This document shows, piece by piece, positions 48,432-57,843 of a stretch of DNA of 59,416 nt. The notes beneath the pieces are model-generated. The model did not search any database, was not told where the DNA came from, and saw nothing but the letters and a program-made list of their open reading frames with translations. The translations under genes were made by a program, and so were the position numbers. Every line of letters begins with the position of its first letter. Position 1 is the first letter of the stretch. The stretch comes from a virus. Lineage: Duplodnaviria; Caudoviricetes. The stretch is taken from IMG/VR virus record IMGVR_UViG_3300036790_000129, positions 1 to 59,416 of that record; one strand, 5' to 3'.

Positions 48432-48691
48432 TTACCGTGGTAGTTCGCCTGACCGGGTGCCGCATGAGCCTTGCGCGCTAGCTCGCCAATAACACCCTTT
48501 GGCACACCCTTTGCCTCAAGCTGCTTGGCGCGGCCGCCGTGACCGAGTGCATTCGACTTGCCCTCGAACGAACCGGAATGCTTGATGCCGTCATTTTTCT
48601 CACCTTCTTCCTTGGGTTTGTCCTCGTGCTTGGACTCCTTCTCCGGGTGACGGGCCTTGATCTTTTCCTCGCGTTTCTTTTCGTCGCGCAT
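48428..48691 (-). CDS. Small charged hypothetical protein
   Basis: GGAG RBS; KSNALGHGGRAKQL. Confidence 0.6.
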   Translation of the reverse strand: MRDEKKREEKIKARHPEKESKHEDKPKEEGEKNDGIKHSGSFEGKSNALGHGGRAKQLEAKGVPKGVIGELARKAHAAPGQANYHGK

Positions 48692-48735
48692 GACTTGTCT
48701 CCGGTGGAGTGGGTGTGTTAGGTGGCGCCATCGTA

Positions 48736-50259
48736 TCAGACGGCTTCGGGCTCGGCACTACCCGAGCCGGCACCGCCAGCGGTCGGGGTGACGAACCAGA
48801 AGGTGTTGGCCAGTGCGTCGGCAATGTTCGGCGAGCGCACGCCGCGCGCAAGCATTTCAGCCTTGGGTTCGAGCAGCATCCGGTCGGTGCGCAGGTGGAA
48901 GCGGAACTTGGGCGAACACAGCTCCTCGCCGAGCTCAGGAAGCGGTGGAATATCGGCACTGGGTAGCCATTCGCGCATCCGCGCCCACGTCGTGGTGCGC
49001 ATGTTGGCGTAGCGTTTGGCATCTTCCGGATCATTCGGGGTGGCGCCGCCCTGCACGTCCACGATGATGCGTCCGTAGCCGCGTCGGCGCAGGTAGTCGA
49101 TGACCGGGCCACCGAGCCCCACGCCATCGATGAACACGAGATCGGGCTGCCACTCATTGATCTGCCGGGCGATGAAGTCGGCCGAGATCATCGAGTCCTG
49201 TTCGGACCAGTGGCCTATTTCGCGAAGCATCTTTCGGCCTTGGCGCTTGATGCAGGTGTTCAGATCCTTGCCGGCGCGGGCCAGATCCACACCCATCAGG
49301 CGTGGCACGATGCGCGGGATGTGGCGGAAGTCGATCTCGTTGGTGAACGCCCGGCGGACCGACTCGGAGCTGATGAAGGTGGTCGAGGCCATGGCCGGGA
49401 ACTGGCCATAGATATGCACCTTGCAGAAGTCCGAATCCTCGCCGTAGGTAGCGATCCACTTGGCGATCTCGACCTTGTTGGCGAAGGTGACCTCGCGCGC
49501 ATCGACGCGGAAGCGTATCCAGTTGACAGCGGTCTTGCCGCAGTGCGAGTCGTAGAAGCCGCCTTCGGTTTCGGACGGGTTACCGAAGGCGAGGAAGATC
49601 ACCAGACCGGTGGTCATGGCGCCCTCGATCACGTCCCAGATCGCCGGGGAGATACCGGAGGCCTCATCAAAGATGATGAGGACGTATTTCTCGTGGGTGC
49701 CGGCGAAGGCTTGCGGGTTGGAGTCGGACCACGGGGTGGCCACGGCGTGCCATGTCTCGGGGTAGTCGCGGCAGCGGTATTTGGTCGCGGTCCACTCGAA
49801 CTGCCAGCCGTTGACCGCGTAGTCCTGCCACTTGCGCAGCTCGCGCCACGTCTTGTTGGAGAGCTGGCCTTCGGTGGACGCGGTGATGACGCCTTCGCCG
49901 TTGGGGTAGCAGGACTCGAACCAGTGGATGATCCATGCCACCAGACAGGTCTTGCCCACACCGTTGCCGGCGGCGGTGGTGAAGCGGATCACCCGGTTGA
50001 CGAGCTCGTGCGGCGGCATGTCGGTGCGTTGCAGCTCGCCCTGCAGCTTCATCAGCCACTCGCGTTGCCAGAACTCGGGGATGCGTCCGGCCAGTGGCGA
50101 GTCCTTGACGCGCCATGGATAGCAGGCCATCACCCAGTCATACGGCCGTTTCTGGTAGGACAAGACCCACAGGGCGAACTGGGCAGCCTGTTTCTCATCC
50201 ATGACCGGACGGGTCATGCCGAAGGAATCGCGCCATGACCCGTCAGCCATTGCCGGCAT
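48736..50259 (-). CDS. terL: Terminase large subunit
   Basis: Walker A GNGVGKT, Walker B IIFDEASG, FGNP, nuclease GVDLAR, IDGVGLG, RSPNIADALA. Confidence 0.93.
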   Translation of the reverse strand: MPAMADGSWRDSFGMTRPVMDEKQAAQFALWVLSYQKRPYDWVMACYPWRVKDSPLAGRIPEFWQREWLMKLQGELQRTDMPPHELVNRVIRFTTAAGNGVGKTCLVAWIIHWFESCYPNGEGVITASTEGQLSNKTWRELRKWQDYAVNGWQFEWTATKYRCRDYPETWHAVATPWSDSNPQAFAGTHEKYVLIIFDEASGISPAIWDVIEGAMTTGLVIFLAFGNPSETEGGFYDSHCGKTAVNWIRFRVDAREVTFANKVEIAKWIATYGEDSDFCKVHIYGQFPAMASTTFISSESVRRAFTNEIDFRHIPRIVPRLMGVDLARAGKDLNTCIKRQGRKMLREIGHWSEQDSMISADFIARQINEWQPDLVFIDGVGLGGPVIDYLRRRGYGRIIVDVQGGATPNDPEDAKRYANMRTTTWARMREWLPSADIPPLPELGEELCSPKFRFHLRTDRMLLEPKAEMLARGVRSPNIADALANTFWFVTPTAGGAGSGSAEPEAV

Positions 50260-50494
50260 CCATGAAGCGTTTCTTCACCAGATCGAGTACACCGATCACC
50301 TCGTAGGCATTGAGGTATTCACCCCACAAATACAGCCCTGTCTCGCGATCATCATGAGTGGCTACCAACAACACGGAATGCGGCGCAGGACTCTTGCCTG
50401 ACTCGATGTCATCCGCCATACGACGAAGCATCGCCGGCACATTGGTCAGTGCCGGCGATGCTATGGTGTCGTTGCCGACCAGCACCAATCCCAT
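50243..50494 (-). CDS. Hypothetical protein (paralog of 50660-50905)
   Basis: VPAMLRRMADDIESG. Confidence 0.65.
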   Translation of the reverse strand: MGLVLVGNDTIASPALTNVPAMLRRMADDIESGKSPAPHSVLLVATHDDRETGLYLWGEYLNAYEVIGVLDLVKKRFMDAGNG

Positions 50495-50655
50495 CAGTGG
50501 TTCAGGATCGCGATGGCGATCAGGATGGCCACGACAACACCGAAGCCGATCAGGTAGACCTTGGTGGGCGCCCCGGAACTGGCGCCGGGCTGGTCGGCCG
50601 GCTTCGTGTCAGGGGCTTTGGTGTCGGAGGTATCGGGGGGTGTGATATCAGACAT
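50494..50655 (-). CDS. Small membrane protein (53 aa, not in ORF track)
   Basis: MSDITPPDTSDTKAP...VYLIGFGVVVAILIAIAILNH; GAGGT RBS. Confidence 0.65.
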   Translation of the reverse strand: MSDITPPDTSDTKAPDTKPADQPGASSGAPTKVYLIGFGVVVAILIAIAILNH

Positions 50656-50659
50656 GGTG

Positions 50660-50905
50660 TTACCTCATCACGTAGTGGATGGCGCATTGGAGGATACCGA
50701 GCCATTCAAGCTTGGTGGTCGGCCGTGTACAGCGGTGCATCTGCATCAGTTCCTTGCCGTTGTCCATCAGCACGCAGGCGTGCATGACTTCCCCACACTC
50801 GCCTTTCTCGATCGAGTCGGCGACGGTGCGCAGCATGGCGGCGATATCGCCCATGTCGCCACTGGGCGGCACGTAGCCTTCGTGGATCGCCCGGATGTCA
50901 GCCAT
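50660..50905 (-). CDS. Hypothetical protein (paralog of 50243-50494)
   Basis: IAAMLRTVADSIEKG. Confidence 0.65.
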   Translation of the reverse strand: MADIRAIHEGYVPPSGDMGDIAAMLRTVADSIEKGECGEVMHACVLMDNGKELMQMHRCTRPTTKLEWLGILQCAIHYVMR

Positions 50906-51119
50906 GATCTTTCACACTCGGTGCCAGCTGACTGGCTATGATTTGCACGGCGTGCAGCTCCAAGGTGATATCCGTCAAGTCCTTGCTGACCTCATCCAGA
51001 TCGCCCTGAATCTTCCTGAGCATGTGATCGAGCGCCCACACCCCGACCAGCAGCATCAGCGCCACCACCAGACACAGCGCGCCGATCACCCAGACCAGCT
51101 CCTCGTAGGTCACGTTCAC
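50898..51119 (-). CDS. Small membrane/coiled-coil protein
   Basis: N-terminal TM segment. Confidence 0.6.
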   Translation of the reverse strand: MNVTYEELVWVIGALCLVVALMLLVGVWALDHMLRKIQGDLDEVSKDLTDITLELHAVQIIASQLAPSVKDHG

Positions 51120-51739
51120 GCCAGCGTCCCCGGTGTGCCCACCTGCGGCTCCCCGCTATTCACATCCTGCGTCAGCGTGTCACTCGCTGCGCTCGCACCT
51201 GCGCCCGGTTGCGGCGCTGGACTGGCCGCCTTGAACCCCGGCTCCTCGTCCTGACCCGGCACCAGCCACCGCGTGCGCTCGTTCGCCTCGAAGTACGCAT
51301 CCGCCTGCGCGTAGTTCGCGAACTCGTGGATCATCGACTCGGCCTCGTTGCGGATGAACCACACCACTTTCGCGCCATCGGTCCACGACAGGCTCGCTTG
51401 TGTCGCTACGATCCCTAGTGTCGCTGCCGATTCCGGCTCCCCGTGACCTGAAATACTGGACTCCTCTTCCACTGGAGTTTGCAAAATATTTTTTTCCGGG
51501 GATGACAAAGGCGCGGGGGGATGACCACCAAAAACTTCGCCTAAAGTGCCGGTCTCAGATCCGGACTCGTTGTTTGCCAGCCCCTTTGGCCTCAATTCCA
51601 CAGGAAACGTTGCATCGACTTGCGGCAACGGATCACCGCCGAAATGAGTTTGTGTGTCGCCGAGTTGAGGCAAACGCTTTGCATCAACTGGCATGTTGTC
51701 AGGGATATGGATCGTGGTGTCGTTAGGTGTCGTGGTCAT
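51116..51739 (-). CDS. Acidic hypothetical protein
   Basis: GGAG RBS. Confidence 0.6.
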   Translation of the reverse strand: MTTTPNDTTIHIPDNMPVDAKRLPQLGDTQTHFGGDPLPQVDATFPVELRPKGLANNESGSETGTLGEVFGGHPPAPLSSPEKNILQTPVEEESSISGHGEPESAATLGIVATQASLSWTDGAKVVWFIRNEAESMIHEFANYAQADAYFEANERTRWLVPGQDEEPGFKAASPAPQPGAGASAASDTLTQDVNSGEPQVGTPGTLA

Positions 51740-51742
51740 GGG

Positions 51743-52057
51743 TTACAACTCCAGTAGTGATTCGAGGTTGACTTTCGGGTTCACCGGCGCAGCTTCCGCC
51801 CGGTGATGAAACGCACGCATCGGTGGCTGGTCGCCAAACACCTGTCGCCACGCATAGTAGTAGACATAGGCCATCGACCGGGTGCAGCCGAAGCGCGCCT
51901 GCAGTTCGCCAGCTTTGAAGGTGCCACCGCGTAGGAGAGCCCAACGGGTGACCTTCATCATCTTGACCATGGAGCTGTCGCCCGGGTGGAACTGGGTGAC
52001 TTCGTCGCCAACGGGTCGCTGCTGCCGCTTGGTCGATTTGTTAAGTTTCTTCTTCAC
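51743..52057 (-). CDS. Small HTH DNA-binding protein
   Basis: AGELQARFGCTRSMAYVY. Confidence 0.65.
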   Translation of the reverse strand: MKKKLNKSTKRQQRPVGDEVTQFHPGDSSMVKMMKVTRWALLRGGTFKAGELQARFGCTRSMAYVYYYAWRQVFGDQPPMRAFHHRAEAAPVNPKVNLESLLEL

Positions 52058-52063
52058 GTTTCG

Positions 52064-52325
52064 TTAACTCCATGACGCCAAATTCTCTTCGATTCTGTGG
52101 CACTCAGTCCGTGAAACTCTCCAGATTTCGCGCAGGCGGCTGTACTTATTCAGCATGTTCAGTACAGTAACTCGGGCCTCTCCACGCAGCGCCTTGCGTC
52201 CCTCCAGCGTCTCCACGCACAGTTCCAGCCACAGCCGAACCACCCAAGACTTATATGTTTCCCCTATAACTGGACGCCAAACTTCCCCATCCGGACACTC
52301 CTTACTTATATGCGCGCTGGCCACA
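52064..52325 (-). CDS. Hypothetical protein (start uncertain)
   Basis: GGAGG before a GTG; fills the gap between HTH genes. Confidence 0.45.
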
Positions 52326-52499
52326 AAAAACCTCCTGCTGCGTCTGGTGTGTCCGGTACAGCATGAGCCAGCGGTAGGCCGTGGCACGCGAGCAACCGAA
52401 CCGGGTGCGTATGTCGTCAGCGGTAGGCATGTGCCGCCGTGACTCGAACCACGCCAGCAGGTCACCCAGATCCACACTACGGGGAATGACTGTACTCAT
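52302..52499 (-). CDS. Small HTH DNA-binding protein
   Basis: PTADDIRTRFGCSRATAYRW. Confidence 0.75.
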   Translation of the reverse strand: MSTVIPRSVDLGDLLAWFESRRHMPTADDIRTRFGCSRATAYRWLMLYRTHQTQQEVFCGQRAYK

Positions 52500-52735
52500 T
52501 CCATCACCTTGTGCAGATTATGGAAGACAGCCAGCATCGCCAGTCGCTCCATGGCTCGCGGCTTGCGCTTTACCATGACTGCCGCACGAGTACGGCTTAC
52601 ATCGAACAAATGACATAACTCAGGTGCACTCACCTGTGCCTTGATCATAAATACCCGCCATTCCTCGTGCATGACCACGTGAAATCCGGCATGTTTGCCA
52701 CAAAACACGGACTTATGACCTATTTTTATGCTCAT
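52496..52735 (-). CDS. Small HTH-like protein
   Basis: VSAPELCHLFDVSRTRA. Confidence 0.55.
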   Translation of the reverse strand: MSIKIGHKSVFCGKHAGFHVVMHEEWRVFMIKAQVSAPELCHLFDVSRTRAAVMVKRKPRAMERLAMLAVFHNLHKVME

Positions 52736-53030
52736 TCGTTGTCCATGCAACCTATGCAATAACCACTGGGAGGGTAAAAAGCGCCAGCCAAAGCCCGTCC
52801 TCCCTCGCGGATATGCTGCCCAAATCGACCCCAAGTGACATGTGTTGAATGGCGATGTGACTGGGGTTGAGCGGCAACGCATGGCGGTTGAGCGGTGCTG
52901 CAGCCTGCAAAGCATCATCGCCTGACAAGGGCAGGCTCAACACATGCTGGATAGATGGAGTGTGGAGGGTCATGGGATAGAGGCGCCCGAGGTCAGCGCG
53001 GACGCAACCACGAAAACGTGCAGGTTGGCC

Positions 53031-53294
53031 TCATCGGATCGTCCTCCACCAGCGTTTTGACCATGTTGGCCAGACCATCGGCCGTTCGACGCCGTACAAG
53101 GCGATGCCGCAGACCAGCGCCCAACCAAGGAAGGGCAAGATCCATGCAATCCCGCCTACGATCGGCAAGACTAGTAACACCGAGCCAATGACGCGACGCT
53201 GGCGATACAGCCATGTGAGAGCGCGCCCGTGATGAACAGCGTAACGGCGCACGTCCTCGCGATGCCAACGTGCACAGGGTGTGACGTGGATCAT
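53031..53294 (-). CDS. Small membrane protein
   Basis: Hydrophobic segments; ATGA overlap. Confidence 0.45.
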   Translation of the reverse strand: MIHVTPCARWHREDVRRYAVHHGRALTWLYRQRRVIGSVLLVLPIVGGIAWILPFLGWALVCGIALYGVERPMVWPTWSKRWWRTIR

Positions 53295-53587
53295 GCGTCA
53301 TTGGCCGCTTTCGGGCTGGCCGGAACCTGTGGCGCCGCTTCACGCGCCATGGCCTGTCCGATCAATGCCACCGCCTCCTCGCGGCCCATGAGCGCGCCGG
53401 ACGGATGCCGCCACTCAATACTGACCCCGAGAGCTTCAAGAGTGTCGTAATTCAGGTATTTCTGCCAGACAAAACCGGTAGCCGGGACTATAAATCCATC
53501 GCCATCCGTGTGCACCGGCAACGCCATTTTCGCCGGCAAGTCGATCGTGACCGGAGCCTTGATCGAGGGAGTGCCTTTGACTTCCAT
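53291..53587 (-). CDS. Hypothetical protein
   Basis: AAGGTG RBS. Confidence 0.55.
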   Translation of the reverse strand: MEVKGTPSIKAPVTIDLPAKMALPVHTDGDGFIVPATGFVWQKYLNYDTLEALGVSIEWRHPSGALMGREEAVALIGQAMAREAAPQVPASPKAANDA

Positions 53588-53634
53588 GAATCACCTTGCG
53601 TGTGTGTTGAGTCAGGATGGATCATGGACGTGGC

Positions 53635-54093
53635 TCAACGCCGAGACATGACCGATGTGCTGGTTTTGTTAAGGATGGATGAATCAAGGCTCGCGGGAGC
53701 TTCATAGTGAACCCAGTTCGGACGGATCAGCCGCCCGGTGGCGTACGCCGTGAGCATCGACATCGCGGCATCAAGGTTGTCTGTCCAGCCGGTGGCATAG
53801 CCCTGACCATCCATGTCGGCCAGAAACTGGATCTGGCTTGTGCTCGGTTTCTTGCCGTGCGCCTTGAGCTCCAGCCAGTAACCATGCCATCCCGCCACGG
53901 CCATCGGAATAAACACGTCCGATACACCCGGCGTCATGCCTTCGATCTTGAGCTGCGCACCACGACGCGGTGACCGCTTGCCTTCATTCGGACAGTGAAT
54001 CGCGAAGCGCCGGCCATCACGCTGCGCACGACACCACGCGATCAGCGTGGCCTGCATCTGCGATTCAGTGGCCTGCAGCGGGGTGCGATTCAC
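53635..54093 (-). CDS. VRR-NUC domain nuclease (Holliday junction resolvase-like)
   Basis: ESQMQ...HCPNEGKR...GMTPGVSD...WLELKA...STSQ..F. Confidence 0.9.
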   Translation of the reverse strand: MNRTPLQATESQMQATLIAWCRAQRDGRRFAIHCPNEGKRSPRRGAQLKIEGMTPGVSDVFIPMAVAGWHGYWLELKAHGKKPSTSQIQFLADMDGQGYATGWTDNLDAAMSMLTAYATGRLIRPNWVHYEAPASLDSSILNKTSTSVMSRR

Positions 54094-54311
54094 CGGGTGC
54101 GCTGCCGCTTGCGCGTGCCACCCGTGGGCTGGGTCGGGCTGGGTGTCATGGGCATACCCATGCCATCACTGACTTTGACGCGTACCGGTGGCGGCAAGCC
54201 GTGGATGTGTTTTTGCAAAGGCTGCAATCGCGGGGGGATATCACGCAACTTGGCGGGTTTGCCTTCCGTGCCACTGACCGCCGGAGCATTGTTCTTGACC
54301 TTCGCCATCAT
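54090..54311 (-). CDS. Small basic protein, first gene of the - arm
   Basis: AGGA RBS. Confidence 0.5.
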   Translation of the reverse strand: MMAKVKNNAPAVSGTEGKPAKLRDIPPRLQPLQKHIHGLPPPVRVKVSDGMGMPMTPSPTQPTGGTRKRQRTR

Positions 54312-54453
54312 CGTATCCTGTTGATTTGATTAACGATTATTGCTGGCTTTCATGAGGTTACAGCATATCACAAATCTGCCATGGCAAGACGTTTGTTTGC
54401 TGAACACCAGTTAACTGGCAAAGAGAATGGCGGTCTGGTGCGGTTTGTAGGGC

Positions 54454-54483
54454 TTGTTTGTACTGTAGAACATGATCTACAAT
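54454..54483 (+). promoter_or_regulatory. Putative early promoter in the divergence region
   Basis: TTGTTT-18-TACAAT; palindrome TGTAGA-N6-TCTACA overlaps the -10. Confidence 0.45.
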
Positions 54484-54639
54484 CGCATCTGTCGAACGCG
54501 AAACGCGCCGACTTGCACAGGCACTTGGATCGCCGCTGCAGTCGGATGACACCGATCTTTGACAATCCGGATTGAAAGGTTTTCAAGCGATGTCCATGCA
54601 CGCGCGTGGGCATCACTGGACAACCACGAGGAGAGCGAC

Positions 54640-55620
54640 ATGGCTGCATTGATTGACGAAACCACCGGCAAAGCGGCAATCGCCTATTCCGGCGAAAAGC
54701 CGTGGCACGGTCTGGGTGCTGAAATGACAGCGGGACAGACTCTTGAGCAATGGCGCGAAGCGGCCGGGCTGGCATGGGATGCGATGGAGGCACCGGTCAA
54801 GTTCAACGCGGGACAGACCGATGGCTTGTTCACGTTCAACGACAAGAAAGTGATCTATCGCAGTGACACACTGGTCGGTCTGGGTGTAGTCGGATCGCGC
54901 TATCAGGTAGTCCAGCCGGCACAAGTGGTCAATTTCTATGACGAATTGTGTGACCGCTACGGCTACGCCATGGAAACTATGGGTTCGCTCAAGGAGGGGC
55001 GTGTGATCTGGGCGCTTGCCAAAACTGGCGTGGGTCACAAGATCCAAGGCATCGACGAATTGCAGGCGTACATGCTGCTGACCACCTCGTTCGACGGCTC
55101 CAGCTCAACACAAGCCAAGTTCACGGATGTACGCGTGGTCTGCAACAACACGCTGTCGATGGCTATGCTCAATAGCGGTACGAAGTCTGTCAGCGTGCGC
55201 CATAACACGGCGTTCGACGCGGCCAGTGTCAAGACCAATCTAGGGGTGGGTGAAATCTGGCAGGCACACATGGGCAAGCTGGAAAAACTGGCTCAGACGC
55301 AGATTGATCCGCGCGAACAGGTCGATTTCCTGCTGAAGGTTTACCACGACATTACCAGCAAGTCGATCGAGGCCGCCAAGCCCAACGTGGAACGCACCAT
55401 GCGCCGTCTGAGCGGGATTCTGACGCAGGCGCCCGGTGCCACCATGCTGACGGCTTTCGGCACGCTGTACGGGCTGGTGAACGCGGTCACCTATGACGTG
55501 GATCACTCGCCGCGAGCTCACAGCGACGAGGGCCGGATGGCAAGCGCATGGATGGGCGCTGGCGATAACCTCAAATCCAAGGCGCTGGAACTGGCCGTGG
55601 ATATGGCCACAACGGCTTGA
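54640..55620 (+). CDS. DUF932 (TIGR03299-like) phage/plasmid protein
   Basis: KPWHGLG...AGLAW...VVGSRYQVVQP...ETMGSL..GRVIWALA...SFDGS...VRVVCNNTL...GTLYGLVNAVT. Confidence 0.9.
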   Translation: MAALIDETTGKAAIAYSGEKPWHGLGAEMTAGQTLEQWREAAGLAWDAMEAPVKFNAGQTDGLFTFNDKKVIYRSDTLVGLGVVGSRYQVVQPAQVVNFYDELCDRYGYAMETMGSLKEGRVIWALAKTGVGHKIQGIDELQAYMLLTTSFDGSSSTQAKFTDVRVVCNNTLSMAMLNSGTKSVSVRHNTAFDAASVKTNLGVGEIWQAHMGKLEKLAQTQIDPREQVDFLLKVYHDITSKSIEAAKPNVERTMRRLSGILTQAPGATMLTAFGTLYGLVNAVTYDVDHSPRAHSDEGRMASAWMGAGDNLKSKALELAVDMATTA

Positions 55621-55676
55621 TTAAGCCCTGCCGCTTCGAGAGAGGCGGCAGCACTGAACCAAGCAAGGGGAGAATC

Positions 55677-55856
55677 GTGCGAAACAATCGTGATCCGTAT
55701 CCGTTCCACCGTCCCAAGCCGATCATCTGTCCTGTCCATGAAACACAACCACGGCGCCCGAGTCGCATCGGAGCGTGGTTGTGGGCGTTGGGACAGGCGA
55801 TCGTGCTGGCCGCTTCTACCATGGCATTTTACACCATCCTCAAGGAGGTCTTGTGA
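55677..55856 (+). CDS. Small membrane protein
   Basis: GGGGAG RBS; C-terminal hydrophobic helix. Confidence 0.5.
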   Translation: MRNNRDPYPFHRPKPIICPVHETQPRRPSRIGAWLWALGQAIVLAASTMAFYTILKEVL

Positions 55857-56209
55857 AGGCATACCTGATTGATCCCATCGGTCAGTCGATTACTGAAGTG
55901 CAAACCGATGGCCAGCTGGATTCCATACTGGAGCTCACCCAGAGTCAGTTGATCGCCAGCCTGATCGTGGATGACTTCCACGTGCTATACGCGGCAGCCA
56001 TTGGTACGCCAGCGACAGCGGGAAAATTCAACCTGATCCTGTCATCAGTCTATTTTGGCCGTGCTGTCGAGGAAGTCCATGGCCGTGGCTTGCTGGTCAG
56101 GGTGAACAAGAATGGTGATCCCATGGATATACAGATCACGCCCGATGAAGCACGAGCAAAAGTTGCATTTCCTGAAACAAGCCCTACATTGGTATCTGTA
56201 GGTGCATGA
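55853..56209 (+). CDS. DUF3846-like hypothetical protein
   Basis: MKAYLIDP...ITEV...GRGLLV; GGAGG RBS. Confidence 0.6.
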   Translation: MKAYLIDPIGQSITEVQTDGQLDSILELTQSQLIASLIVDDFHVLYAAAIGTPATAGKFNLILSSVYFGRAVEEVHGRGLLVRVNKNGDPMDIQITPDEARAKVAFPETSPTLVSVGA

Positions 56210-56212
56210 TCG

Positions 56213-56252
56213 TTGACAGGGTTGTAGGTTCTGTTTTAGAATAGAACCTACA
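56213..56252 (+). promoter_or_regulatory. Sigma70 promoter with -10 inside a 10-bp inverted repeat
   Basis: TTGACA-18-TAGAAT; TGTAGGTTCT (56223-32) / AGAACCTACA (56243-52). Confidence 0.7.
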
Positions 56253-56281
56253 TCCGTATCAACCCCATGAGTAACCTTACC

Positions 56282-56440
56282 ATGAGAAGCAAATTTGCAC
56301 GCTATCACGCGCCGGGTCAGGGCGTCGGCTACACGCCACCGATGGATCAGCGGATTTTCAACTGGCTGGTGCTGAATACGACCGCCATCATCATCCTGCT
56401 GGGCATCACAGGTTACACGCTATCCCGTATCGGCTTCTGA
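56282..56440 (+). CDS. Small membrane protein (52 aa, not in ORF track)
   Basis: MRSKFARY...WLVLNTTAIIILLGITGYTL. Confidence 0.5.
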   Translation: MRSKFARYHAPGQGVGYTPPMDQRIFNWLVLNTTAIIILLGITGYTLSRIGF

Positions 56441-56442
56441 CC

Positions 56443-56859
56443 ATGAACGCCGACGACTTCAACCGGGCGCAGTCCAACTATGACAACCAATTGCCGCCAG
56501 AACCGGCCGCAGAACCTACTGAGGCACACTTCGATGAAGCATTCGATCAATTGGTCAATGATGACGAATTGATCGAGCAGTACATCGAAGAATGTGCACC
56601 GAATATCACGGCAATTTTCCAGCTATATCATCACAACGGCTTTCCGCGCATGAATCGTTCTGAAAAGGATGATGAGCTGCGTGATAGCTATGACACGATA
56701 TTTACCCATTTTCTGGATGGATATCGTGACTGGCTAGGTTCGCGACTGGCCGAGACGGCCGAGGCCATCATGGATCAAGAGATTCATGACGCCAAGGAAG
56801 ATGCAGCGGCTGAACTAGCTTATGAGATACATCGCAATTCACTCAATGGAGGATGGTGA
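56443..56859 (+). CDS. Acidic hypothetical protein
   Basis: AQSNYDNQLPPE motif; D/E-rich. Confidence 0.65.
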   Translation: MNADDFNRAQSNYDNQLPPEPAAEPTEAHFDEAFDQLVNDDELIEQYIEECAPNITAIFQLYHHNGFPRMNRSEKDDELRDSYDTIFTHFLDGYRDWLGSRLAETAEAIMDQEIHDAKEDAAAELAYEIHRNSLNGGW

Positions 56860-56860
56860 T

Positions 56861-57139
56861 ATGGAGTACTGCATCAAGACAGGTGCCTACGTGCACTTGG
56901 TCGATTACGGCCTGTATGCGCCAGCTGATCTGTTTCAGGTCGGCGACAAGCGAGTGGTACGTTTCAATGGGAGTCTGCCTGATGCAGGTAGTTTCACCAC
57001 CGAACGAGCCACCAGTCACATCCTTTACCTCAACCGCAAGGAGAACTACTGGCGCAAAGACCTAGGCATTGCTGTCGTGGATCAATCTGATCTGGTGGCA
57101 GTGAAACAAACCCTTTCATCCCATGAGGAAATCGCATGA
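56861..57139 (+). CDS. Hypothetical protein
   Basis: RBS-like sequence; coupled. Confidence 0.55.
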   Translation: MEYCIKTGAYVHLVDYGLYAPADLFQVGDKRVVRFNGSLPDAGSFTTERATSHILYLNRKENYWRKDLGIAVVDQSDLVAVKQTLSSHEEIA

Positions 57140-57792
57140 ATATGTTCCTGCATACCTTCCATCGCACACAAGTTTCCAAGGCCACCGATCTGGCGATTAC
57201 ACTCGCCGCCATGTTGCTGCTGGGCAAGATCCCCAAGACCGACAAGGACAGCATGGCTGGCGCTCGCGAAGCACTCGCCAATGAGTATGCACCATGGCTG
57301 ATGCCCTGCATCAACGAGTCCGAGGCATTGAAACTGGCACAAGCCAAGATCACCAAGGATTGCAAGGCATTGGAAGGTGAGCATCGTGAAGTGATATTAG
57401 GCATATTGCTATCGGGGCTTATGCTCGACCACGGCGGCATTCTCAATCTCAATAAATCGGCTGATAAGGCCACCAAAGATATGGAGACCATGAGTGGCCT
57501 GTGGGAACCCATGCTGCAAAAGATCGACGAGCTGATTGAGCCAAATGATCCAGAAATCCGCGAAGTGATCGAGTCGCTGATAAAGGCTGGCGAGCCGATC
57601 ACCACTGAATCCGTCGAGGCGGCGCTGAAGGACCTTCTGCCGGAAGGTTCCACAGCCAAGATAGGTGTCATCACCCTGTCGGTCGATGGCACGATCGAAG
57701 GTGATCTGGAAAATGCACCACAGGAAATCAAGGATTTGATTGCGAAACTGCAGACCAAGGTCAGTGAGCGCAAGCTGCATTCCGTCAACTAA
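57136..57792 (+). CDS. Hypothetical protein
   Basis: 218-aa ORF; GAGG RBS; followed by terminator. Confidence 0.65.
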   Translation: MNMFLHTFHRTQVSKATDLAITLAAMLLLGKIPKTDKDSMAGAREALANEYAPWLMPCINESEALKLAQAKITKDCKALEGEHREVILGILLSGLMLDHGGILNLNKSADKATKDMETMSGLWEPMLQKIDELIEPNDPEIREVIESLIKAGEPITTESVEAALKDLLPEGSTAKIGVITLSVDGTIEGDLENAPQEIKDLIAKLQTKVSERKLHSVN

Positions 57793-57798
57793 GTCATC

Positions 57799-57829
57799 GC
57801 CCGGTCAGCTCACGCTGGCCGGGCTTTTT
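57799..57829 (+). terminator. Rho-independent terminator
   Basis: GCCCGGTCAGC-TCAC-GCTGGCCGGGC-TTTTT. Confidence 0.85.
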
Positions 57830-57843
57830 CACGAGGACGTGTC

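Noticed and set aside
43984-50238. Long + strand ORFs (e.g. 49210-50238, 44500-45189, 47203-48096)
   Set aside because: Antisense to portal and terL in GC-rich sequence; no recognisable motifs
54490-54630. Hairpin-rich leader considered as a tRNA or riboswitch
   Set aside because: No cloverleaf, T-loop GTTCRA or recognisable aptamer consensus
55628-55651. CTGCCGC/GCGGCAG hairpin as a terminator
   Set aside because: No U tract on either strand; may be a stability or processing hairpin only
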